A model generated the notes under the pieces. The model was not told the origin of the DNA. It saw only the letters and a list, made by a program, of their open reading frames with translations, and did not search any database. The translations under genes and the position numbers were made by a program. DNA of 48,784 nt from Octopus sinensis (taxonomy: Eukaryota). How positions within the stretch are numbered: position 1 is the stretch's first letter; the number at the start of each line of letters is the position of its first letter. The stretch covers positions 1-48,784 of the forward strand of contig NW_021834410.1 of NCBI RefSeq assembly GCF_006345805.1, given 5' to 3'. Below are positions 1 through 12,905 of the stretch, in pieces.

Positions 1-297
1 CGAAAGCAATACTGGCTATCTCACATGGTAAATCACCCCACTGTAATCGGCGATTGGGATACAATGATTTCTGGTAGCGATGTCGGGAATGTTAACGTTG
101 ATAACAATAAGGATTTTGCCGTTTCGTTGTTGTGTTAGCAGTTTTAGTAGTGATGGGGCTAATAACAGTGCTGGAGTTTATCTTCTGTTGTAATTGTTGG
201 GGTGGTGGTGGTGGTGGTGGTCTGTGTTTGCAATGGTGATAGTGGTTGGGTACCGCGAACTGGAGGGGAATAGACACAGTTTAGTGAATATTTTTTA

Positions 298-645
298 CTT
301 GTTCCAGTCATTAAACAGCGGCCATGCTGGGGCACTGTCTTGAGTTTTAGTACTTATTTCTTTAAAGTCTGATACTTATTCTGTCGGTGTCTTATGTCGA
401 ACTGCCAAATTAGGGGACGTAAACACACCAGCACCGGTTGTCAAGTTTGGGGAGACAAACACAGACACACACACAAATATATATATCACGAATTTCAGTT
501 TTCGTCTAACAAATCCACTTACAAGGCTTTGGTCGGCCTGAGGTTTGTAGTAGAAGGTACTCGCCGAAGGTGCCACGCAGTGGGACTGAACCCAGAACGA
601 CGAGGCTGGGAGCAAGCTTCTGACGACACAGCCACGCCTGCACCT
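298..645 (-). mobile_element. SINE family A, diverged copy
   Basis: Matches the family A consensus seen many times in the window: head GGAGTGGCTGTGTGGTAAG..GGTTCAGTCCC, internal TA/TG microsatellite, tail GACTGAAACAAGTAAAAGAG. Confidence 0.8.
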
Positions 646-824
646 AGAGACAAGGATGTCAGCAGAGCAAGAATTTTAGTTTCTTTGACTTATCTGATGT
701 CTCTGGATGACCGACAATTGGTAAAACACTTTAGGGGTGAAATTTTTAGAGGATTTAAAAAAAAAATCCTTACAGTTGGGGTAAGCGAAGCAGGCTCATT
801 ATTTATTTTATTATGGCAGGATCC

Positions 825-1040
825 CAATCCGGGCCGCAGCAACAAAGTCTACCTGCCGCACTTCTTGGTCCCTCATCACCGCCTCGAAAGTGTCTGCAAT
901 CAAGTTGTTGATGTAAGTGTGACGATGTTTACGTCATCTTATATCACCATGATGTGGGTTCCACACGACTGATTTGGAAGCTCCCAGTTCAGGGTGGCAC
1001 AAGCAGTGACCAAGACTCATGAAACAGATTTATGTGAGTA
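825..1040 (-). mobile_element. RTE-clade LINE 3' fragment
   Basis: The minus strand reads LGHCLCHPELGASKSVVWNPHHG...HTYINNLIADT, matching the RTE C-terminal pattern (GHC.RH.E....LW.P.HG...TYID.L..DT). Confidence 0.65.
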
Positions 1041-1074
1041 GCTTCAGATCAAAGCTTATCTTACTTTCTTTTAT

Positions 1075-1797
1075 CTTCCTTTTATTTGTTTCAGTCATTT
1101 GACTGTGGCCATGCTGGAGCACCGCCTTTAGTCGAGCAAATCGACCCCAGGACTTATTCTTTGTAAGCCTAGTACTTATTCTATTGGTCTCCTTTGCCGA
1201 ACCGCTAAGCTACGGGGACGTAAACACACCAGCATCGGTTGTCATGCGATGTTGGATGGGACAAACACAGACACACAAACATACACGCACACACACATAA
1301 ATATATATATATATATACGACGATCTTCTTTCAGTTTCCGTCTACCAAATCCACTCACAAGGCTTTGGTCGGCCCGAGGCTACAGTAGAAGACACTTGCC
1401 CAAGGTGCTAAGCAGTGGGACTGAACCCGGGACCATGTGGTTGGTAAACAAGCTATTTACCACCCAGCCACTCCAGCTCGGGCTTCTTTCAGTTTCCGTC
1501 TACCAAATCGACTCACAAGGCTTTGGTCGACCCGAGGCTATAGTAGAAGACACTTGCCCAAGGTGCCACGCAGTGGGACTGAACCCGGAACCATGTGGTT
1601 GGTAAACAAGCTACTTACAACACAGCCACTCCAGCTCGGGCTTCTTTCAGTTTCCGTCTACCAAATCGACTCACAAGGCTTTGGTAGGCCCGAGGCTATA
1701 GTAGAAGACACTTGCCCAAGGTGTCATGCAGTGGGACTGAACCCGGAACCATGTGGTTGGTAAGCAAGCTCCTTACCACACAGCCACTCCCGCTCCT
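1075..1797 (-). mobile_element. SINE family A with triplicated 158-bp head
   Basis: Three tandem head units (about 1322-1480, 1481-1638, 1639-1795) with identical junctions CCAGCTCGGGCTTC, followed by one body and tail. Confidence 0.9.
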
Positions 1798-2094
1798 GTG
1801 ATCATAAGTGCAAGCAGAAGAGACAAAGTTTTCAGACATACCAAATTTGCCTGGCCGACAATAAACATTTTGTCTCGCTTATCCTAATTGCAAGGATTAA
1901 AAAAGAAAATTTCTAATTTCACACCCAAAGAGTCTTACCAATTGTCCCGGGCCATCAAAGCAATCATTAAAACCGGAACTCTTACTTTGCTAACATCAAC
2001 ATTATAATTTTCCTTTTTTTCGTCCCTATTCACTAAGCTGTCCCGATCCAAGCCCACCCCGCCACAAATCACGGCAGTGCTGTTGCCTTTGTAA

Positions 2095-2147
2095 AAGTAG
2101 TAGCAGCAGCGGCGGCGGCAGCAGTAGCAGCAGTAACAACAGTAGCT

Positions 2148-2202
<55 letters not shown>

Positions 2203-2238
2203 TAGTGGTAGTAGTAGTAGTAGTGGTAGTAGTGGTAA

Positions 2239-2285
<47 letters not shown>

Positions 2286-2330
2286 TAGTGGTAGTAGTGG
2301 TAGTAGTAGTAGTAGTGGTAGTAGTGGTAA

Positions 2331-2375
<45 letters not shown>

Positions 2376-2411
2376 TAGTGGTAGTAGTAGTAGTAGTGGT
2401 AGTAGTGGTAA

Positions 2412-2495
<84 letters not shown>

Positions 2496-2830
2496 TAGTG
2501 GTAGTAGTAGTAGTAATAGCAGTGCTAGGAGTGATTGTGGTTATTTAGTATTGTCGTTATTGTTGCGGTGGTGTCATTAACAGTGGTGCTTATAGTGACA
2601 GTAGTTATGTCGTGTTGCTGTAGTAGTAGTAATGGTAGTAGTAGTAGTAGTTGTAGTAGTAGTAGTAGTAGTAGTAGCTGCAACAGTTGAAGTAGCAACA
2701 GTAGTACTAGTTGTAGAAGTAGTAGTAATTGTAGTAGTAGAAACAGTAGAATTAGTAGTAGTTGTAGTAGTGGTAGTAGTGGTAGATGTAGTAGTAGTAG
2801 TTGTAGTAGTAATAGTTGTAGTGTTATTAT
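2095..2830. repeat. (TAG/GTA/GTG)n trinucleotide microsatellite field
   Basis: Seen directly; source of the poly-V/poly-T ORFs. Confidence 0.97.
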
Positions 2831-2842
2831 TATTAGTAGAAG

Positions 2843-3230
2843 TAAGGCAGCGAGCTGGCAGAATCGTTAGCATGTCGGGACAAATGCTTAGCGGCATCTC
2901 GTCCGTCTTTATGTTCTGAGTTCAAATTCCGCCGTTGTCGACTTTGCCTTTCATCCTTTCAGGATCGATAAAATAAGTACCAGTTGCGCACTGGGGTCAA
3001 TGTAATCGACTAGTTCACCCCCCCCGCCCAAAAAAAAATTCAGGTCTTGTGCCTATAGTAGAGAGGTACGTCGTCTGTCTTTACGTTCTGAGTTCAAATT
3101 CCGCCGAGGTCGACTTTGCTGTTCATCCTTTCGGGGTCGATAAATTAAGTACCAGTTGCGTACTGGAGTCGATCTAATCGACAGGCCCCCTTCCCCAAAA
3201 TTTCGGGCCTTGTGCCTAGAGTAGAAAAGA
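2843..3230 (+). mobile_element. SINE family B, two tandem copies (central domain tentatively Meta/MESC-like)
   Basis: AAGGCAGCGAGCTGGCAGAATCGTTAGC..GAGTTCAAATTCC..GTCGACTTTGCCTTTCATCCTTTCGGGGTCGATAAA..GTACCAG. The domain name is from memory and unverified. Confidence 0.85.
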
Positions 3231-3499
3231 TTATTATTATTAGTAGTAGCGGTGTTGATAGTGATAATGGTTATGTCGTGTTGTCGTCCTTGTAGTAGTA
3301 GTAGTGTTGGTAACGATGGCATTGGTGGTAGTAGTTATGTGGTGTCATCTTTGTATTGATAGTGTTGTAGTGGTGACAGTACCAATATTAATGATGGCGG
3401 TTGTTGTTGTTGTTGTTTTGCTGTTGTGGCGGTACTGGTGGAGGTAGTGTTGATAGTTCGGAGAAGTAAGGAGGTAGTAAGAGGAGCGGGGGGCGTTTG

Positions 3500-3542
3500 T
3501 AGAAGAGATTGTAGTAGGGTCATCATCACCACCACCACCACC

Positions 3543-3601
<59 letters not shown>

Positions 3602-4900
3602 AGTACTAGCAGTAGTGGAGGTGGTGGTGATGGTTGTAGTGGTGGTGGTGGTGGTGGTGGTGGTGGAAGTGGCTTGATATAATTACGGTTTTCATTTTGT
3701 CTTTGTGTCCCTTTATTGTTATGAATATTTACGATAAGGTGTTACCTGGAAATAATAATAATAATGATAACAATAATAATAACAATACTAATAATAATAA
3801 TGATAACAATAAAAATTCCTCGTCTCACCCTAGCCCTCCCACATATACACCTCATCGCCACACTCTTGCACTAATTGCCTCTAAATACGCCGCCGCCGCC
3901 GTCGCCGCCGCCACCACCACCACTACCACTACCACGACCACCACCAACGACAACAACAGCAACAATACTATTACGAGTACCATCACCACCACCGTCTCCA
4001 CCACTGGCAATACCGTCGCCATTATCACAACCATGGCCATTACTACCACCTCCACCACTACAACCACCACTACCACCACCACCACCACCACCACCACCAA
4101 CAGCAACACCGTCGCATGCACTACAACCGTAACCACACCACTGACACCATTTACCACCACTACCAACCACCAACACAACCCTCACCACCGTCACATGCAC
4201 CACCATTACCACCACCACCACCACCACCACCACCACCACCACCACCACCACCACCACCACCACCACCACCACCACCACAACCACCACAACCACCACCACC
4301 ACCACCACTACCACAACCAACACAACCTGCAGCAGCAGCCACCACCACCACCACCACCACCACTACCACTACCACCACTACCACTACCACCACCACCACC
4401 ACCACCACCACTACCACTACCACCACTACCACTACCACCACTACCACTACCACCACTACCACCACCACCACCACTACCACTACCACCACTACCACTACCA
4501 CCACCACCACCACCACCACCACTACCACCACCACCACCACCACTACCACCACCACCACCACACCACCACCAAACCACCACCACCACACAACCACCACAAC
4601 CACCACAACCACCACCACCACCACCACTACCACCACCACCACCACTACCACTACCACCACTACCACTACCACCACCACCACCACCCACCACCACTACCAC
4701 CACCACCACCACCACTACCCCACCACCACCACCACCACCACAACCACCACCACCACCACCACCACAACCACCACCACCACCACCACTACCACAACCAACA
4801 CAACCTGCAGCAGCAGCACCACCACCACCACCACCACTACCACCGCGACTACAACCACCACCAATACCACCGCCGCTGCTACCCACCACCACTGTTTGAA
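3500..4900. repeat. (CAC/CAT/GGT/AAT/TAC)n compound trinucleotide field
   Basis: Seen directly; source of the poly-P/H/T/G ORFs. Confidence 0.97.
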
Positions 4901-4939
4901 TACACGCAGTCATTACACTTATTTGTCACTGGAATTCAA

Positions 4940-4974
<35 letters not shown>

Positions 4975-5239
4975 AACGCATATACACACACACAGAGTCA
5001 CCACCTTCCCCGCCACCCCCACCCCCCGTTGCCAGCTTCACCTTCGCCATCGCCATCGCTATCCCCCCCACCCCTCACCACGTTCTTTATGAAGACAGGT
5101 ATTGTTGAAGAAATACCATTAAAACAGGAACGACGTAGGGGTTGTAGGGTGGGTGTGGGTGGGGATGTAGCTCAACTCAATGTCTCCCTATTTCTCTTTC
5201 CACTTCCCCTAAGGCATAAAGAAAATCAGATCTGATATC

Positions 5240-5241
5240 AC

Positions 5242-5282
<41 letters not shown>

Positions 5283-5476
5283 CACATACAATCATACATA
5301 CAAATGCATACATAAATATATATATATATATATATGTACATACATACACGCACATATATACATACACATAGCATTATATATATGTGTATATATGTATATA
5401 TATGTATATATATGTATTATATATATATATATATAGACATATATATATATACATATATATATATAAATACATATAC

Positions 5477-5549
<73 letters not shown>

Positions 5550-6283
5550 CATACACACACACTCGTACAGAGAACCCGCGTGCAAACACACACTCGCACA
5601 TTGCAATAATAACCTCGATATATGAAATTATTATTCTGCATTTTATTATTTCGCTATCAGAAATTTCGTTATCTGAAGAAAAGTAGAATATAGTTTTTAC
5701 GCAGATAAAGTTCTGTTAATTATTGAAAAAAAAAAAAAAATATATATACGATTATTTCAAAGACAGTAGACGCATAATGCTTCCATTTATAGTTAATAAA
5801 TAAATAGATCCCTTGAATATAGCTATATGTAATTCAATCCTCAAAAATATAAGCCTTTTATACATACATACATACATACATACATACATACATACACACA
5901 CATACATTCATTCATACATACATACATACATACATACATACATACATAATACATACATACATACATACATACATACGTGTATTCTTTCAATAAAACTATG
6001 CGAAATCCAATATCATGTGATATGATATATATGATATATAAATATGTATGTAGTATGTATGTATGTGTATGTATGTATGTATGTATGCATGTATGTATGT
6101 ATGCATGTATGTATGTATGTATGTATGTATGTATGTATGTATGTATGTATGTATGTATGTATGTATGTATGCATGCATGTATGTATGTATGTATGCATGT
6201 ATACATGTATGTATGTATTATGTATGTATGCATGTATGTATGTATTATTATGTATGTATGTATGTATACACACACCACACATC

Positions 6284-6314
<31 letters not shown>

Positions 6315-6356
6315 TACAAACATACACCGCATACACACATCGCACTATATATACAT

Positions 6357-6402
<46 letters not shown>

Positions 6403-6510
6403 TATACATATATATATGTATACATTCAACACTCATAAATGCGGTGTTCATATATATATATATATATATATATACACGCAAATATGTGTGTGTATGTATA
6501 TATGTGTATA
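5240..6510. repeat. (CA)n/(TA)n/(TACA)n/(TATG)n compound microsatellites
   Basis: Seen directly. Similar fields lie at about 11410-11870, 15160-15500, 24830-25670, 28930-29200, 29590-29910, 36900-37510 and 41620-42120. Confidence 0.95.
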
Positions 6511-6885
6511 TACTCACACACGCACTTTACCTTTGTTTCATGCAACAACAGGTACGAAACAACAAATAATTAATACGTATCGTACTCCAGAATATTTTTT
6601 TTTCACTTTTAAAAAGAAAAAAAAAAAAAACGAGGCCTAAATAAATTGATTGCTTTGCCTTCATTTTTATGAACTTTTGATTATTCTCCATAACAATTTA
6701 GCGTTACCCTTACAGATCTTTTAATTTCCATGCTTCGTTCAAAATTTAAATCGTTTTCCAATAGTCACTCTAAAGCACGAGTTACTTCATTCACAAGGCT
6801 TTTTGGCTTTTTAGATAAAATCTCTCTCGTCAAAACCGTTCATTGAAGATATCTCCTCTCCATTATCTGTATACGATACTTGAGG

Positions 6886-7010
6886 TTATGCGGTTATGTT
6901 AACTCCTTGGGGGTTTTCATAGGTGAGTGTAACGTTATCAGTATCCAATAAATCTGGTGTATTACCTGCACCAGCCAGAGTAGAATCGGCTTTTCTTTGC
7001 GGTTCATCAA
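6886..7010 (-). CDS. Candidate terminal coding exon, product unknown
   Basis: Poly-T tract then CCAAG acceptor; reads xDEPQRKADSTLAGAGNTPDLLDTDNVTLTYENPQGVNITA*. Non-repetitive and protein-like, but no homologue recognised. Confidence 0.3.
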
Positions 7011-7156
7011 CTTGGAGTTTGACAAAAAAAAAAATATATATATTCGAATGCAAACTTGATGGGGACTACACACGCACGCGTGTTGCGAGTTGTCCTCAAC
7101 AAATCATGAACACAAAGTCTAACTAAGGAAGAGCTTGATGAAAATATCCCCAACAT

Positions 7157-7580
7157 ATAGGCGCAGGAGTGGTTGTGTGGTAAGTAGCTTGCTAACCAAC
7201 CACATGGTTCCGGGTTCAGTCCCACTGCGTGGCATCTTGGGCAAGTGTCTTCTGCTATAGCCCCGGGCCGACCAATGCCTTGTGAGTGGATTTGGTAGAC
7301 GGAAACTGAAAGAAGCCTGTCGATTATATGTATATATACATATGTATGTATGTGTGTGTATGTGTTTGTGTGTCTGTGTTTGTCCTCCCAACATCACTTG
7401 ACAACCGATGCTGGTGTGATTACGTTCCCGTCACTTAGCGGTTCGGCAAAAGAGACCGATAGAATAAGTTCTGGGCTTACAAAGAATAAGTCCCGGGGTC
7501 GATTTTCTAGACTAAAGGCGGTGCTCCAGCATGTCCGCAGTCAAATGACTGAAACAAGTAAAAGAGTAAAGAGTAAAGAG
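7157..7580 (+). mobile_element. SINE family A, full length
   Basis: TAGGCGCAGGAGTGG head with A/B-box-like motifs through to the (AAAGAGT)n tail. Confidence 0.9.
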
Positions 7581-7939
7581 TATGTCATCAATCATTCGAG
7601 AGCGGAGGACAAGATATATGCTGATCACTGCTGTCGATGAATTAGCGAGTAATTTACTGCAATGGATTTCTAGGCATAGGAATTTCCCACATCGGACGAA
7701 GATCCAGAATGTCGTACATTGATTAAACTCTCGCATGATGTCGGGTTATAAACTGAAGGCCTCAAAAATGTCTTGTAAGACAGGAACGTTTGGAGAAAAA
7801 GACTAAGGCCGGACCGGGCAACCCACCCGAAACGATAGAACCCACATCAACTTTTCAAATCCCGCTAACTGTAGCCTGTGTAGAATCCTGTTACGGAAAA
7901 AAATATATTAGCGACAAAGGCAGTGTTAACCCCAAGAGG

Positions 7940-8467
7940 TAACTTAGATAAGATAAACTTAGATATGTTTTGACCAAAGATTGGTCCAGGCCATGTCTAA
8001 CTTAATAGCACCACCTGATAGGATTATTCGAATCCTGTTTAAGGCAAGTTTTGTTTAAGTCAAGTTTTGTTTAAGTCAAGTTTTGTTCAAGTAGTGAGTT
8101 CTTGTTGGGTGAGTTGTATCCAATTATGGGTGGCTTATCTGGTATTCTTTGAAGGAATCTATCCAGACTCCGTTTAAAGTTGATGGGATCCTTTTCCTCT
8201 TTGATCTCCCTCGGGACAATGTTAAATAGGGCAGGGCCTGTTGAGGAAGAGAAATTATGTTGCAGTGTACATGTATGTTGTGATCTTGAATTGGGCAGGG
8301 GTCGTATGGCCCGTGGTCCCAGTCTTGGATGAACCTTGAAGCTAATGTTAAGGGCAAAGTTGGGCAAAGTTGGCGGTATATTCTCCACATCGTACAAAGT
8401 TGGCGGTATATTCTCCACATCGTACAAATGATGTACCGCTCACGGCGGTACATCATTTGTACGATGT
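7940..8467 (-). mobile_element. 5'-truncated CR1/L2-group LINE 3' end (ORF2 C-terminus plus 3' UTR)
   Basis: RRERYIICTMWRI...PNF...GPALFNIVPREIKEEKDPINFKRSLDRFLQRIPDKP..GY....NSLL is a typical CR1-group ORF2 C-terminus. There is a frameshift near 8360, a 30-bp tandem duplication and a 16-bp triplication at the ORF end. Confidence 0.8.
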
Positions 8468-9002
8468 TATCCTCACTTAAACGTGGATGTTCTATTAGAA
8501 AAAAAAAAAAAACTTTACTGCGGTAGATAACACGAGAGAAAGTCTCGTATTGGCGATTGGTGCAAAATGCATTCCTGTTTATATCGTTAGCGGGGAGTAC
8601 AATCTCCGCTACCTCCAGTACCACGATCACTAGATCACGGGATTTCGACCTTGTTTGGTTTTGTCAATGATGGACACACGACGCTAGAAGCAGCAGCGAT
8701 TCACCTCCTTGCCAGCGATATATAAAATAACAGTACCAGAACAGGCGCTGGTATCGTGATTAGCCAGTTAGCTTGTTAAGAAATACAACAGAGGTAGTAT
8801 ACTGAGAGATATCAATATTGCTGTAGTAAAGTTTGTTCTAACAGAACTTGCACGGTTAAGTGCGGATATATTACCCCTGATACTGCTGAGATTTCCTGTC
8901 CCTCCTCTATCCTATGGTCTTCTTTTGCTACTTTTAAATAAGATCTTATTCCAAATCCCATACGGACGCGTATGTTTGATCTCTTCCCAGGCATCTGTTA
9001 TT

Positions 9003-9189
9003 TTCTTTTACTTGTTTCAATCACTGGATTGCTGCCATTCTGGAGCACAGCCTTGAAGGGTTTAGTTGAATAAATCGAACCCGGGATTTATTTTAAGTCT
9101 GGAACTTATTCTATAGGTCTCTTTTGCCGAACCATTGGGTTGTATGGGAATGTAAACAACCCAACGGTTCGACATGTCAAGCAGTGGGA

Positions 9190-9222
<33 letters not shown>

Positions 9223-9300
9223 ACGGGCTTTCACACAGTTTCTGTGCACGAAATTCACTCATAAAGTATTGGTTAACCCGGGGCTATAATAGAAGACGTT
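9003..9300 (-). mobile_element. SINE family A, truncated and interrupted by SINE B
   Basis: Tail and body match family A; sequence breaks at the SINE B insertion site. Confidence 0.7.
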
Positions 9301-9303
9301 ATA

Positions 9304-9531
9304 AGGCAGCGAGCTGGCAGAAACTTTAGCACGCCGGACGAAATGCTTAGCAGTATTTCGTCTGCCGTTACGTTCTGAGTTCAAATTCCGCCGAGGTCAA
9401 CTTTGCCTTTTATCCTTTGGGGGTCGATAAAGAAAGTACCAGTTACGCACTGGGGTCAATGTAATCGGCTTAATCCCTTTGTCCTTCTTTGTCCCCTCTA
9501 TGTTTAGCCCCTTGTAGGCAATAAAGAAATA
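9304..9531 (+). mobile_element. SINE family B with target-site duplication
   Basis: Flanked by TATAATAGAAGACGTT(T)ATA at 9285-9303 and 9532-9551. Confidence 0.9.
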
Positions 9532-9554
9532 TATAATAGAAGACGTTTATATAT

Positions 9555-9960
9555 ACATATTAGATGTACAACAACGATACTGATGTTCTGGGACTTCTTA
9601 TATATATCCTCCATTAGTTTATAAGAGCGGGCTTTTGAAATACTCGCGGCCGCCAAACTAGTTTGCTGGCACCATTTACAGATTTGTACCTTGTGCCGGT
9701 CGAGGGATCGCGGGTTCGAATCTCAGACCGACGATGTGTGTGTTTATGAGCGAAACACCTAAGCTCCTCACGGCTCCGGCAGAAGGTAATGGCGAACTTC
9801 TGTTGACTCTTTCACCACATCTTTGTCTCACTCTTTCCTCCTGCATCTTACAGCTCACGTGCGACGGACCGGCGTCCCGTCCAGGTGGGGAACCTATACG
9901 CCGAGGAAACTGGAAAACCGGCCCTAATGAGCCACGCGTGGCTCGAGAAGGAACAAACAA
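9555..9960 (+). mobile_element. SINE C-variant with ~140-bp non-tRNA 5' extension (copy 1)
   Basis: B-box region and body match the C-variant (45232ff); the A-box is replaced by unique sequence containing GCGGCCGC. Confidence 0.8.
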
Positions 9961-10320
9961 CAATAGTATAATATGCTTGCATAACGAAATACCATGTACC
10001 TACAGATCATTAATATTTATGTACCAGCTTCCGGGAATGCGTTTATTATGTAAATTGGTATATGCAATAACGTTACACCAGTGTATTGAGTGGCTATTTA
10101 ATCAATATGTTTGAGGGTGATTAATGGATAAGATGGGTGGTGATGAAGAGACACCCCACCCCGAGTATATACACCCATTTTTCGTCTTCGATCTCATTCG
10201 TAGTAGCAAAAAATCTCAAACGTAGTAGCAGAAATTAGTGCTGGTTATAAATTCTATAGAATATCTGTAGAAATAACTCTAACAAATATCGGCAAAAATA
10301 TACATATACTTATATACATG

Positions 10321-10816
10321 TGGAGGCGAAATGGCCCAGTGGGTAGGGGAGCGGACTCGCGGTCATAGGATCGCGGTCATAGGATTCCCAGACCGAGCAC
10401 TGTGAGTGTTTATTGAGCGGAAACAACTAAAGCCCCACGAGGCAGGGGATGGTGGCAAGCCCTGCTGTACTCTTTCGCCACAACTTTCTCTCACTTTTTC
10501 TTCCTCTTTCTGTTGTACTTGTATTTCAAAGGGCCAGCCTTGACACACTCTGTGTCACGCTGAATATCCCCGAGAGGGTACACGTGTCTGTGGAGTGCTC
10601 AGCCACTTGCACATTAATAAATGAGCTGCGACGTCACTGGTGCCAAGCTCTATCGGCCCCTTTGCCTTTCCCTTGGATAACATCGGTGGCATGGAGAAGG
10701 GAGACAGGTATGCATGGGCGACTACTGGTCTTCCATAAACAACCTTGCCCAGACTTGTGCCTCGGAGGGTAACTTTCTAGGTGCAATCCCATGGTTATTC
10801 ATGACCGAAGGGGGTC
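10321..10816 (+). mobile_element. Chimeric SINE: family C 5' part joined to family D 3' part
   Basis: 10321-~10618 matches 14376ff; ~10620-10816 matches the reverse complement of 34617-34790. Confidence 0.8.
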
Positions 10817-11135
10817 ACAACAATTTATATACATATACATCATTGAACACATTGTGATTCGAACGCGCAGACTACTAGTGAACAGGCAGACGCAGTACCG
10901 CTGCAACCGGGTGCTCGTTTAGAGTCTTTAGTTTGGTATGTAATGATATTGCTTTACGCTAAACGTGACATGATATGATAAAAAGCGTACAGAATTAAAT
11001 TAAAGGAGGAAAAAAAAAATTCCATACTAAGGAGATTCTTACAGACGTGGAATACGATGTAACACTTGTTAAGCACTCCAGAATGAAAAAGCAAACCAGC
11101 TGTGATTAACATCTCTTTCTTTGTTTTTTTCTTTC

Positions 11136-11173
<38 letters not shown>

Positions 11174-11265
11174 CGCAGAAAGCAACGAGAGTTTTCTTAG
11201 AAGGAAGTTCAAATTCAAGCGGGAAATATCTACGAGGACAACAAAGAAATTTTTTTTCAATATTA

Positions 11266-11309
<44 letters not shown>

Positions 11310-12624
11310 TTTTTATTTTTTTTTTTTGTAATATATATTCATATCATTGTGGGTTTAGTTGTTAAATTGCTGCATTTTCTTCCAGAAAGGAAACGTAAAA
11401 CGAGGTATTGGCGTGTGCATGTATGCTTTCATACATACATACATACATACATACATACATACATACATACATACGTACATATACATCTATATACATACAT
11501 ACATACATACATATATATACACACGTATATAAGTATATATATATGAAAGTGTGTATGTATATATATATATATATATATACATATATATATACATATATAT
11601 ATACATACACGTATATCTGTATATATATATATATGAAAGAGTGTATGCATGCATATATATATATATGTATATATATATGAAAGAGTGTATGTGTATAAAT
11701 GTATGTATGTATATATATACATATATATATATACATATCGTGCGCGTATGCATATATGTATGCATGCTTTTGTGTATATATGCACTTTATGTCTTTATGT
11801 ATTAATGTATATATATATATATATATATATATACATACATACGTGTGTGTATGTGTGTACGAAAGTTTGTATGTATGTGGGTGTGGTGTCGGAGCAGCTT
11901 TTCTTTTAGACATGTATTGAATACACGACTATAATTTAGTTTTATCTTTCCTACGAAAGTTTTCTTTTCATATGAGACTTCTTTTTTGTGTAGGTAGGTT
12001 ATTCACAATAGTAAGCTTTCAAGATCTATCACCAACAGTTTTAGAACTTCATATTTCATCTTCAGGAAGAAGTGATCTTAGTGTGTGTTGCTGCCTCCTC
12101 ATAGGAGGCAAAGCCAATAATAATTGGCACAAACGTTACCGTCAGAATGTGAATTTTGATCACCATCACTCAGGTGTTTACTTTTGGATGTGGGGAAATT
12201 CAGTGGAATATAGGCGTATTGTTTACTAACGTTGTTCTATCTGGTTTTATTTTGAGTTGTTCTTTGCTCTAAGTGCATAGTAAACTGGTGGAAGGGTGTC
12301 GTGTTTAATTGGCTAATAAAACAGTTGGAGTGGTGATGTTTGCAACTTTCACATTCACATTTAAAAATCACATGGGTCATTCGTTGCTTAGCGAATTTTC
12401 TTGCTTGTAGTTTGTTGCAAATCAGATAGTTTTTAATTTTATTGTTCCTGTATCATGTTATTTATTTTAAATCATAATTTTCTGTGATGCCTTTTGCGTT
12501 TTGTTTTACGAAATGGTTGTTACAAGTTTAACGTCGATTTTTCGGGGAATTTGATTCCAAAGTCTTTCCGAATCATTCTTTTTTCAGAGTAAGAGATGAT
12601 CACGCTCTAAATCAAGTGAATATT

Positions 12625-12800
12625 GATTTCAAATTTTGGTACAAGGCTAGCAATTTCCGGGGCGTGGGGCAGTTAATTCGTTTACATAAACTTCAGTATT
12701 GAACTGGTACTTGGCGGGATTTGAACTCAAATCATGAAGACTAAATTCCGCTAAGCATTTTGTCTGGCGTGCTGATGATTCTGCTAGCTCCCCGCCTTGA
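12625..12800 (-). mobile_element. SINE family B, diverged and deleted
   Basis: Partial match to the family B consensus. Confidence 0.6.
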
Positions 12801-12905
12801 ATTAAGCAAATATTAAATTTACTTAAATGATTAAATGATGTACAGATACCTGTACATTAGCATAAAGAATACTAGTTTATTAATGCAGTACGGCACAAGG
12901 TTTTT

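Noticed and set aside
394-972. 192-aa ORF
   Set aside because: Runs antisense through a SINE A copy and an RTE fragment; no coherent domain.
3697-5108. Long ORFs (400 and 330 aa) resembling extensin/formin/mucin
   Set aside because: They are translations of CAC/TAC microsatellites that are open in most frames on both strands, and they begin at non-ATG or arbitrary starts.
7760-7791. Hairpin TGTCTT/AAGACA followed by GGAACGTT, possibly a Penelope/hammerhead relic
   Set aside because: The CUGANGA core is not preserved; too degenerate to call.
8772-9060. Open frames on both strands with a minus-strand donor near 8875
   Set aside because: No pyrimidine tract at the acceptor, no recognisable homology, and the frame runs into a SINE.
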